A stretch of 32,000 bases of DNA from contig NC_016012.1 of NCBI RefSeq assembly GCF_000283555.1, forward strand, positions 1,140,001 to 1,172,000. Reading direction: 5' to 3'. Each line of letters begins with the position of its first letter. The stretch's first letter is position 1. Under the pieces are notes generated by a model that did not search any database, was not told the DNA's origin, and was given only the letters and a program-made list of their open reading frames with translations. Origin of the DNA: Candidatus Arthromitus sp. SFB-rat-Yit (lineage in GTDB: Bacteria; Bacillota; Clostridia; Clostridiales; Clostridiaceae). The position numbers and the translations under genes were made by a program. Shown here in pieces: positions 24,481 through 32,000 of the stretch.

Positions 24481-25620
24481 CTATGCAAATATAGATAAAA
24501 GCACGCCAGCTGCAACAGCTGATCCTATAACTCCAGCAACATTTGGTCCCATTGCATGCATAAGCAGAAAATTTGACGGGTCTTCTTCCACTCCTATTTT
24601 ATGAACAACCCTAGCAGCCATTGGAACAGCACTAACTCCAGCAGCTCCAATCATAGGATTAACCTTACCTTTTGTAAATACACACATTATTTTCCCAAAT
24701 ATAACTCCAAATGCCGTACCAAATACAAAAGCTATAAGCCCTAAAATTATTATCTTAATCGTACTAAACTGTAAAAAACTTTGGGCTGTTGCAGTAGCTC
24801 CAACCGTTATACCAATAAATACCGTAACTACATATAAAAGTGCATTTTTAATGTTCTCAACTAATTGAGGAACAACTCCACTCTCTTTTATCAAATTCCC
24901 AAACATCAGCATACCAACTAATGTTATAGAACTAGGTATAATTAATGCTGTCAATGCCGTTACAATAATAGGAAATATTATTTTTTCGGTTTTTGAAACT
25001 TCTCTTAATTGAACCATCTTTATCCTACGTTCTTTTTTACTCGTAAGAAGTTTTATTATAGGGGGTTGAATAACAGGTATAAGTGCCATATAAGAGTATG
25101 CTGCAATCGCAATTGATCCTAATTGATGCGGTGCAAGTTTACTTGTTAAATATATTGCAGTAGGTCCATCAGCTCCTCCTATAATTCCAATAGATGCTGA
25201 TTCATTTACACTAAATCCTAAATACATAGCAATTAGAAATGCAACAAAAATTCCTATTTGTGATGCAGCTCCAAGTAAAAAATTCTTCGGACTTGCTATT
25301 AATGGAGCAAAGTCAATTGATGCTCCAATAGCCATAAAAATTAGTGGAGGAAATATTCCAAGTTTAACTCCCTGATATAAAATATATAAAAGCCCACCTT
25401 CATCCATAAGACCCTCTCCAACAGGAACCGGAAAATTGACTAAAAACATACCAAAAGCAATAGGTAGAAGAAGATATGGCTCATACTTTTTAAATATAGC
25501 AAGATACATAAACACCAACGAAATCAATATCATTATCAAATTACTAGGATTCTCTATTAAAAATTTAATTCCCGAAACACTATAAAGATTATATATCATA
25601 TCTAAAAAATTAATATTCAA
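24481..25620 (-). CDS. oadB: Na+-translocating decarboxylase beta subunit
   Basis: 379 aa, polytopic. Conserved OadB/GcdB/MmdB blocks are GIIGGADGPTAIY, NPMIGAAGVSAVPMAARV and LLMHAMGPNVAGVIGSAVAAG. TTG start. Confidence 0.9.
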   Translation of the reverse strand: MNINFLDMIYNLYSVSGIKFLIENPSNLIMILISLVFMYLAIFKKYEPYLLLPIAFGMFLVNFPVPVGEGLMDEGGLLYILYQGVKLGIFPPLIFMAIGASIDFAPLIASPKNFLLGAASQIGIFVAFLIAMYLGFSVNESASIGIIGGADGPTAIYLTSKLAPHQLGSIAIAAYSYMALIPVIQPPIIKLLTSKKERRIKMVQLREVSKTEKIIFPIIVTALTALIIPSSITLVGMLMFGNLIKESGVVPQLVENIKNALLYVVTVFIGITVGATATAQSFLQFSTIKIIILGLIAFVFGTAFGVIFGKIMCVFTKGKVNPMIGAAGVSAVPMAARVVHKIGVEEDPSNFLLMHAMGPNVAGVIGSAVAAGVLLSIFA

Positions 25621-25633
25621 ACATACATCTCTC

Positions 25634-25993
25634 CTAACTTATAACTAGCAACACATCTTGATTATTTACATTTTTACCTTCAGATACAAATATATCACTA
25701 ACTACACCTGAAACTGGAGAAAGTATTTCATTTTCCATTTTCATAGCTTCAAGAATCAATAATACATCTCCCTTTGAAACTCTATTACCTTTAGAAACTT
25801 TTATTGATAAAATACTTCCTTGCATAGGTGCTTTCACAATTTCACCATTTCCTTCAATCTTATCACTTTTTATGGCATTTGAAACAATATCATCTCTCCT
25901 TGATGTTTCTGTTAAATTTCCTTCCTTATTTTCAACAAGCTCAACCTCTACTTCATAAGCCTTACCATTAACTTTTATTCTATAAACTTTCAT
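25634..25993 (-). CDS. biotin carboxyl carrier protein of the decarboxylase (free-standing biotinyl domain)
   Basis: The biotinylation motif is LEAMKMENEI, in a lipoyl/biotinyl fold (VKAPMQGSILSIKVSKGNRVSKGDVLLILEAMKMEN). The start is set to MKVYRIKVNG (25993) with an AAGAGG RBS. Confidence 0.85.
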   Translation of the reverse strand: MKVYRIKVNGKAYEVEVELVENKEGNLTETSRRDDIVSNAIKSDKIEGNGEIVKAPMQGSILSIKVSKGNRVSKGDVLLILEAMKMENEILSPVSGVVSDIFVSEGKNVNNQDVLLVIS

Positions 25994-26009
25994 GATGCCT
26001 CTTTCCCCC

Positions 26010-26315
26010 CTACAACCTTTTAATGCTCTTAATTCTGACTCTCTTATTATTTTTTTCATCAACTAAATCAATGGATGCAACAAAAGCTGCAATTAACATA
26101 TTTTCATCATCTATATCTTCAAATCTAATTTTATGGTTATCTTCTATATGTTTTTTTACTTCACGCACATATTTTTCCTTGTCACTGATTTTATTATTAC
26201 TATACAAAAAAATCTTAACTAAATTTACTCCTAATGAAATAACCATCAAAACAATAAAAACTATTAATATACAAAATATCGAAAGTATTACTGCATCTTT
26301 AATACCAATATCCAT
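26010..26315 (-). CDS. oadG: decarboxylase gamma subunit (OadG-like membrane anchor)
   Basis: 101 aa with a single N-terminal TM segment (VILSIFCILIVFIVLMVISLGV). The C-terminal ..LIAAFVASI....RVRIKSIKRL resembles the OadG tail pattern. Its position between the alpha and carrier genes also fits. Confidence 0.6.
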   Translation of the reverse strand: MDIGIKDAVILSIFCILIVFIVLMVISLGVNLVKIFLYSNNKISDKEKYVREVKKHIEDNHKIRFEDIDDENMLIAAFVASIDLVDEKNNKRVRIKSIKRL

Positions 26316-26333
26316 ATAAATCCCTTCCTAATT

Positions 26334-27716
26334 TTAATTAAACTCTAAATTTATATTAATAACTTGATTATCATTTTGATTATATTTTTTCTCCAAAAAT
26401 TTTTTTGATATCTGTGGAAATAAAATATAACTTAACACATCTTCATCACTTCTCGTAAAATCTGATGACTCTTCTTTTATCCTCAAAAACTCATCTTGAA
26501 GTAAATCCGCAGGTCTACAAGTTATCTCCTCTCCATCCTTTAAAATTTTATCTTTTAAATCTTTACTTATCTCATGTGGGGGACGACCATACAATCCTTT
26601 AACATAATCTTTTATTTCTTTTGATATCATCCTATACTGCTCTCCACTTAAAATATTCATAACAGCTTGAGTTCCAACCATTTGGGAAAGTGGAGTAACA
26701 AGTGGTGGATATCCTAAATCTTTACGAACTTTAGGTATCTCATCTAAAACTTCTTCGAACTTATCTTCTGACCCTTGTGCTTTCATTTGATTAATCATAT
26801 TTGAAATCATTCCTCCAGGCAATTGCGTTTCAATTATCTGAGGATTTATAAAATATGACTTAGGAGTTAATACTTCAGATTTTAAATATTTCTCCCTTAT
26901 AGGCTTAAAATAATCTGCTATTTCTTTTAAAGAATCATACTTAACATCGCATTTATGTTCTGACCCTAAAAACGTTTTAACTATCGACTCTGTAGGCGGC
27001 TGACTCGTACCTCCTCCTAAAGTTGATATAGCAGTATCAATTATATCTACACCTGCTTCAATCGCTTTTAAATAAAGCATCTCTCCAACACCACAAGTTG
27101 AATGAGTATGTAATTCAACTGGAATAGAAATATTTTCTTTAATATCTCGTATAAGCTCATATCCATTATAAGGTAACAAAATTCCCGACATATCCTTAAT
27201 ACAAATTGAATGTGCCCCCATCTCCTCAACTTGTTTAGATAAATTTATATAGTACTCATGTGTGTGTACAGGGCTTATAGAATAGCTCATAGCTACTTGT
27301 AAATGAGCTCCATATTTTATAGTTGCACCAATAGATGTTTTCAAATTTCTCAAATCATTTAACGCATCAAATATCCTAATTATATCTATCCCATTTTCAA
27401 TGGATTTATATATAAACCTATCTACTACATCATCTGCATAGTGCCTATAACCTAAAATATTTTGACCCCTAAACAGCATTTGAAGTTTTGTATTTTTAAC
27501 ATTTTCTCTTATACGTCTAAGCCTATCCCATGGGTCCTCATTTAAATATCTAATGCAGGAGTCAAACGTAGCCCCACCCCAAACCTCTAGAGCATGATAT
27601 CCAACATTATCCATTTTATGTAATATAGGCAAAATTTCATCCGTTGTTAACCTAGTTGCTATAAGACTTTGATGTCCATCACGTAAACAAGTTTCAGTAA
27701 TTTTAAACTTTTTCAA
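26334..27716 (-). CDS. oadA: oxaloacetate decarboxylase alpha subunit, carboxyltransferase part (no biotinyl domain)
   Basis: The HMGL-like TIM barrel is present: ITETCLRDGHQS, EVWGGATFD, IFDALND, CIKDMSGIL, ELHTHSTCG. The PYC_OADA conserved domain follows. The protein ends without an AMKM motif. TTG start with GGAGG 4 nt upstream. Confidence 0.9.
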   Translation of the reverse strand: MKKFKITETCLRDGHQSLIATRLTTDEILPILHKMDNVGYHALEVWGGATFDSCIRYLNEDPWDRLRRIRENVKNTKLQMLFRGQNILGYRHYADDVVDRFIYKSIENGIDIIRIFDALNDLRNLKTSIGATIKYGAHLQVAMSYSISPVHTHEYYINLSKQVEEMGAHSICIKDMSGILLPYNGYELIRDIKENISIPVELHTHSTCGVGEMLYLKAIEAGVDIIDTAISTLGGGTSQPPTESIVKTFLGSEHKCDVKYDSLKEIADYFKPIREKYLKSEVLTPKSYFINPQIIETQLPGGMISNMINQMKAQGSEDKFEEVLDEIPKVRKDLGYPPLVTPLSQMVGTQAVMNILSGEQYRMISKEIKDYVKGLYGRPPHEISKDLKDKILKDGEEITCRPADLLQDEFLRIKEESSDFTRSDEDVLSYILFPQISKKFLEKKYNQNDNQVININLEFN

Positions 27717-27850
27717 TGTTCCTCCAAACTCCTTTTGCTAAATTTTTATAATTTAGAGTTTAAAACAATATCGTATAGTCACATATTATATAGGATTCCC
27801 ATAATAAAATAAAAAAATAACTAAATTAATTTGTTTACGATTATAACACA

Positions 27851-27887
27851 AAAAGAGCCTACGTAAAACATCGTTATACGTAGACTC
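27851..27887 (-). terminator. terminator downstream of the 153-aa membrane protein gene
   Basis: Stem GAGCCTACGTA / TACGTAGACTC (one mismatch) with an 11-nt loop. TTTTGTGTT follows on the minus strand. Confidence 0.5.
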
Positions 27888-27897
27888 CTTATTATTT

Positions 27898-28359
27898 TCA
27901 ACTATTTTGTTTAACATAATCAAATAGGTTTATTGATGCACCAATAATTACAAGTAAACCAGGTATTATTAAAGGAATAAGTGAAAGTATACCACCTAAT
28001 ATCATAATGATACATGATGATATTCTCACTTCTTTCCAACTCATAAACGTTCCAACTATCGATAATATAAAACCAACCAACATAATAATAAAAATTAAAG
28101 TTGATATACCCATTGAATAATTATAAAAATTTTCTATCCCTTGTAAAAAATTTATCATTTCAAGTTCAACTAATATTTTTGTGATAAAAGAAGTCATAAT
28201 ATTTTTAGCTAATTTCCCAAATAAAAGTATAAAAAGTCCAGCAAAAAGAAGCATTAATCCTGAAATACTAGATCCAATTAAACCTAAAGTATATGCTAAA
28301 ATCCCTTTTTTTGCTCCTCTATTAACCCTGTGTTGTTTTTCGTATTCTATAATATCCAT
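27898..28359 (-). CDS. hypothetical membrane protein (about 4 TM)
   Basis: Intact 153-aa ORF with GGAGG upstream and hydrophobic helices. I recognise no family. Confidence 0.5.
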   Translation of the reverse strand: MDIIEYEKQHRVNRGAKKGILAYTLGLIGSSISGLMLLFAGLFILLFGKLAKNIMTSFITKILVELEMINFLQGIENFYNYSMGISTLIFIIMLVGFILSIVGTFMSWKEVRISSCIIMILGGILSLIPLIIPGLLVIIGASINLFDYVKQNS

Positions 28360-28461
28360 ATTTCCTCCTTAAAAACATAAAATAATATATATTTTAACAT
28401 ATACATTCTGCTATATAATTTATTGAAAATGATAATAAAATTAAATTTAATTAATAAACTC

Positions 28462-28893
28462 TTAATCTTGTATTATTTCATTGAGTGTGTGCCAAGCAAG
28501 TGTAGCACATTTAACCCTTGCTGGCATATTTTGCATATTTTGAAATACTATGCCATCTCCAAGTTCATTAATTTCATCTTCTGTTACTTCTCTCTTTATC
28601 ATTCTTATAAATATATCGATAATTCGTTTTGCTTCTTCAACCTTTTTCCCTTTAACCAAATCAATCATTATAGATGTAGATGCCATAGAAATCATACATC
28701 CTTCTCCGATAAATGCAATATCATCAATTATGCCATCACAAACCCTCATTGATATTGTTATCTCATCTCCACAACTATGATTTACTCCTCTTTTTTTAAA
28801 ATCATATGGTTCTACTTCTCTTTTATTTTCTGTATTTTTACCGTAATAAAGAATGGTATCCTTATACAATTCATCAAGATCCATAAAATTCAC
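28462..28893 (-). CDS. sufU: Fe-S cluster assembly sulfur-transfer/scaffold protein SufU
   Basis: The blocks NHSCGDEITISM, GEGCMISMASTSIM and PARVKCATLAWHTL align block-for-block with B. subtilis SufU. Confidence 0.85.
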   Translation of the reverse strand: MNFMDLDELYKDTILYYGKNTENKREVEPYDFKKRGVNHSCGDEITISMRVCDGIIDDIAFIGEGCMISMASTSIMIDLVKGKKVEEAKRIIDIFIRMIKREVTEDEINELGDGIVFQNMQNMPARVKCATLAWHTLNEIIQD

Positions 28894-28894
28894 C

Positions 28895-30121
28895 TCAAAA
28901 TTTTAAAATTTTTCTTATTTCTGATACCTTATCAAAAAAATAGTCTATCTCTTCATTTGTATTATAAAAATACAAACTAGCTCTCGTCGTAGAATTTAAT
29001 CCCATTTTTCTCATGAAAGGTTGTGAACAATGATTACCTGATCTTACTGCTATCCCATATGAATCAAGTATAGTTGATACATCATGTGGATGTACTCCAA
29101 CTACATTAAATGAAAACACACAAACTCTTTTATCATAATCTTCAGGACCGTAAACCTCTATATCGCTACACTCCTTAGCTTTATCAAGAAAATATTTCTT
29201 GAGTGAGTTTTCATATCTAACAATTTCCTCAAATCCCACAGAGTCTATATATTTTATTGCAGCATTAAGCCCCGCAATCGATGAAACGTTTTGAGTTCCA
29301 CCTTCAAACGCTTCATGAAATTTTTTAAAGGAAACTTCATCCTCAAACACATAATCAATCATATCTCCCCCATATAAAAATGGATTCATATCATCAATTA
29401 CATCATCTGATGCATACAAAACACCTATACCTTGAGGAGATAAAACTTTATGTCCAGAAAAGACTAAAAAATCTACACCATCATAATCCACATTAAACTT
29501 TATATGAGTCATAGATTGAGAAGCATCAATTAAAACTTTAGCTCCAATTTCCTTACTCTTTTTTATTATAGTTTTATAATCATGTACCACTCCAAAAGTA
29601 TTAGTAACTGGAGTAAAAGATACAATTTTAGGTTTTTCATTAAGCTTTTCAAGAAAATCCTCGAATGTAATCTCCCCAAATTTGTCCACATAAAAATAAT
29701 TAAGCTTAATTCCCTTATTGTCACAAATAACTTTCCATGGTACTAAATTCGAGTGATGAGAATCTATTCCAATTAAAATCTCATCCCCTTTTTTTAAATT
29801 GTTCATAGCATAAGAATATACAACTATATTTAAAGCCTCTGTAGCACTTTTTGTAAAAATTATATTTTTCCTATGTTTTGCCCCTATAAAATCCTTAACT
29901 CTATTTCTTGTTTCATCCATTATTGAGGCCGCTCTAACTGCCGCAATATGAGATCCTCTATTTGCATTTCCAAATGAATTTATGTAAATATCCTTCATTG
30001 CATCAATAACACAGTTTGGTTTTAAACTCGTAGCTGCATTATCAAAATATATTATTGGGGATCCGTTATCTGATCTACATAATAGAGCCGGAAAATCTTC
30101 CCTAATTTTAGAAATATCCAA
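28895..30121 (-). CDS. sufS: cysteine desulfurase SufS (class II aminotransferase V)
   Basis: The PLP lysine context is FSGHKVLSPQGIGVLY and the catalytic cysteine loop is RSGNHCSQP. It sits in a suf operon context. Confidence 0.9.
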   Translation of the reverse strand: MDISKIREDFPALLCRSDNGSPIIYFDNAATSLKPNCVIDAMKDIYINSFGNANRGSHIAAVRAASIMDETRNRVKDFIGAKHRKNIIFTKSATEALNIVVYSYAMNNLKKGDEILIGIDSHHSNLVPWKVICDNKGIKLNYFYVDKFGEITFEDFLEKLNEKPKIVSFTPVTNTFGVVHDYKTIIKKSKEIGAKVLIDASQSMTHIKFNVDYDGVDFLVFSGHKVLSPQGIGVLYASDDVIDDMNPFLYGGDMIDYVFEDEVSFKKFHEAFEGGTQNVSSIAGLNAAIKYIDSVGFEEIVRYENSLKKYFLDKAKECSDIEVYGPEDYDKRVCVFSFNVVGVHPHDVSTILDSYGIAVRSGNHCSQPFMRKMGLNSTTRASLYFYNTNEEIDYFFDKVSEIRKILKF

Positions 30122-30122
30122 T

Positions 30123-31166
30123 CTAAATTGCCTCCATTAAAATATCCACAAATTTATCAATCATCTCTTTATTTCGTACGCCCTCTAGCATATTTAAAAA
30201 TTTACCTTTTAATATCAAGCCCTTAGCCTGTTTTTCTGTAAAACCACGACTGAGTAAATAAAATATTTTATCTTTATTAATTGAATTAGCCGTAAATCCA
30301 TGACCCCCTTTAACATTTTTCTCATCACATAAAAGTAGTGGGAGTGATTTATTAACTGCATTTTTACTCAATATAATAACTTCCTCACTCTCATTTCCAA
30401 TCGCATTCAAACATCCCTTTTTAAAATCAATCGCTCCCCTAAATATTTTCTTACTATTATCAAGCAAAATACCCTTACCATTTATTAAAGCATTGCTCTC
30501 TTTACCAATCATAGCAGAAGTCAAATTATAATCATACTTGTAATCTTTTGAACAAATATAACAAACATTTGTCTTACTTGAAGACTTATTACCATTTAAA
30601 TATAATTCACAATTTGTGTATACACTATTTTGGTTCACATTTATCAATAAAAAATCAACATGTGCATTGTCATCTATATCTCCCAAAACATTTATAAAAC
30701 CCTTAGAAAATGAATTGATAAAAAGTACAAGTTTTACTTTCGAGTTTCTTTTAGCATTTATATAATAAAAATGATTAAATTGATCTCCATTACCACAAAT
30801 CTCACTATTTATATATAAATCCTTACCTTCACCGCATTCTATATTAAAAGTTACAGTAGATACTCCATCATTTAAACATTCCTTCAGATTTAACTCAGAA
30901 TTTTCATCATTAACTTTAACATTAATGAATTTTCCTTTGATTAAATCATAAATAACTTCTTTAGCTATCCCACCATTTATCCTAGAACACAAATTTGAGA
31001 TATTATTTTTAATATTATCGTCAAAATCAATTAACAAACCCGAATTATTTATTACTACATTTGAATTATTAATGCTATTTGATATAAAATTTTCTTCACT
31101 AAAATTTCCTTTAAGATAACTATAAGTTCTTACAATTGTTTCATTAACCCTAACTTTTTGACTCAT
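30123..31166 (-). CDS. sufD: Fe-S cluster assembly protein SufD
   Basis: The C-terminal beta-helix region has SufB/D family blocks (KGILLDNSKKIFRGAIDF, LLLCDEKNVKGGHGFTANSINKDKIFYLLSRGF). The start is set to MSQKV (31166), just after the sufB stop. Confidence 0.8.
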   Translation of the reverse strand: MSQKVRVNETIVRTYSYLKGNFSEENFISNSINNSNVVINNSGLLIDFDDNIKNNISNLCSRINGGIAKEVIYDLIKGKFINVKVNDENSELNLKECLNDGVSTVTFNIECGEGKDLYINSEICGNGDQFNHFYYINAKRNSKVKLVLFINSFSKGFINVLGDIDDNAHVDFLLINVNQNSVYTNCELYLNGNKSSSKTNVCYICSKDYKYDYNLTSAMIGKESNALINGKGILLDNSKKIFRGAIDFKKGCLNAIGNESEEVIILSKNAVNKSLPLLLCDEKNVKGGHGFTANSINKDKIFYLLSRGFTEKQAKGLILKGKFLNMLEGVRNKEMIDKFVDILMEAI

Positions 31167-31170
31167 ATTT

Positions 31171-32000
31171 CTATAACCCCTGCATTTCAACATTTATAAG
31201 ATTATTCATTTCAATCGCATACTCAAGCGGTAATTCTTTAGATATTTCCTCTGCAAAACCCCTGACAATAAGAGCCTTAGCATCTTTTTCACTTAAACCA
31301 CGAGTTTGAAGATAGAAAATCTTATCATCATTTATATTTCCAATTGTAGCCTCATGACCTACATCAACATTTTCACAATTTATTTCAATATAGGGTATAG
31401 TATCTGAGGAAGATTGCTCATCCAACACTAGTGAATCGCAAGTAATATTTGTCTTAGATCCCTCAGCATTTTTCTTAAACGTAACCATTCCTCTATAATT
31501 TCCTACACCACCCGATTTTGCAATAGATTTTGAGCATATGTTGGAAGAAGTATTAGGTGCAGCATGGACAACCTTAGCACCTGTATCCAAACATTGACCT
31601 TCTGATGCAAAAGAAATTCCTAAAAAATCACAAGTTGCATTTTCTCCTTTAAGTATACTCATAGGATATAGCATAGAAATTTTAGATCCAAACGATCCCG
31701 ATACCCACTCAATTTTACCATTTTTCTCAACCATCGAACGCTTTGTATTTAAATTAAACATATTTTTAGACCAATTTTCAATCGTTGAATATCTTAACGT
31801 TGCATTTTCCTTAACAAACAATTCAACACAACCAGCATGCATATTATAAACATTGTGTTTAGGAGCTGAACATCCTTCTATAAAACTCAAATAAGCTCCT
31901 TCATCGACCACAATCAAAGTATGTTCGAATTGACCTGCACCTTTTGCATTAAGTCTAAAATATGATTGAAGTGGAATCTCAACTTTAACACCTTTTGGTA
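31171..32000 (-). CDS. sufB: Fe-S cluster assembly protein SufB, C-terminal part; continues past the right edge
   Basis: The frame is open to the window end. Conserved SufB blocks are FEHTLIVVDEGAYLSFIEGCSAP, KISMLYP, GHEATIGNINDDKIFYLQTRGLSEKDA and LPLEYAIEMNNLI. Confidence 0.9.
   Translation of the reverse strand, partial: PKGVKVEIPLQSYFRLNAKGAGQFEHTLIVVDEGAYLSFIEGCSAPKHNVYNMHAGCVELFVKENATLRYSTIENWSKNMFNLNTKRSMVEKNGKIEWVSGSFGSKISMLYPMSILKGENATCDFLGISFASEGQCLDTGAKVVHAAPNTSSNICSKSIAKSGGVGNYRGMVTFKKNAEGSKTNITCDSLVLDEQSSSDTIPYIEINCENVDVGHEATIGNINDDKIFYLQTRGLSEKDAKALIVRGFAEEISKELPLEYAIEMNNLINVEMQGL

Noticed and set aside
267-28980. Other antisense or overlapping track ORFs: 267-587(+), 4028-4219(+), 9273-9581(+), 17608-17970(+), 26023-26319(+), 28181-28372(+), 28423-28752(+), 28550-28780(+), 28777-28980(+).
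   Set aside because: Each lies opposite a gene with clear family motifs (cupin, rsgA, bioY, rumA-type, oadG, membrane protein, sufU, sufS). None has a convincing RBS or recognisable domains.
1-32000. A search by eye for CRISPR arrays, tandem repeats, IS elements with terminal inverted repeats, tRNA/rRNA genes and island-flanking direct repeats.
   Set aside because: I could not see any regularly spaced repeats, transposase or integrase reading frames, tRNA cloverleaf-like segments or convincing att duplications. A computational repeat and tRNA scan (for example CRT/minced, tRNAscan-SE, self-dotplot) would be needed to exclude short or degenerate ones.

Overview
This is a very AT-rich, Clostridia-type chromosomal segment. 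An identity as a reduced-genome gut symbiont is only a guess. Nearly all core genes lie on the minus strand.

Left part (1-11.5 kb):
- a DUF262 (GmrSD-like) gene start at the edge, a cupin and an M28 lipoprotein peptidase
- a decayed ADP-ribosyltransferase and a decayed rubrerythrin
- a flavin-reductase/rubredoxin fusion, rsgA and a MarR-MATE pair
- a PerR-like regulator followed by a heme catalase
- a DUF4180-GNAT-bioY operon
- a relic of an FAD oxidoreductase and a solitary Mn catalase

Middle (about 11.5-17.4 kb): an accessory island that is mostly a gene graveyard.
- It holds prophage replication-module relics (VapE-like, VRR-NUC, SNF2 helicase C-terminus, S24 repressor C-terminus).
- It holds the C-terminal half of an SMC/Rad50-like ATPase and a frameshifted XRE HTH gene.
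- It holds a cytosine-5 DNA methyltransferase truncated after motif IV.
- Only four ORFs in it still look intact: a DUF4160-DUF2442 pair, a DUF3644 protein and a 176-aa PD-(D/E)XK nuclease.
- A roughly 100-nt structured RNA candidate overlaps the DUF3644 3' end in antisense.

Right part (17.4-32 kb): a RumA-type rRNA methyltransferase, a degenerate Fe-ADH-fold protein, a HAD phosphatase, two tandem divergent MCP paralogs, a Na+-translocating oxaloacetate decarboxylase operon with a split alpha subunit, a small membrane protein, and sufB(partial)-sufD-sufS-sufU.

I do not see an intact, clearly novel multi-gene system. The best candidates for follow-up are:
- the orphaned restriction nuclease
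- the DUF3644 gene with its antisense structured RNA
- the DUF4160/DUF2442 cassette
- the MCP whose ancestral start codon reads ATA

All homology calls come from motif recognition by eye, not from searches.
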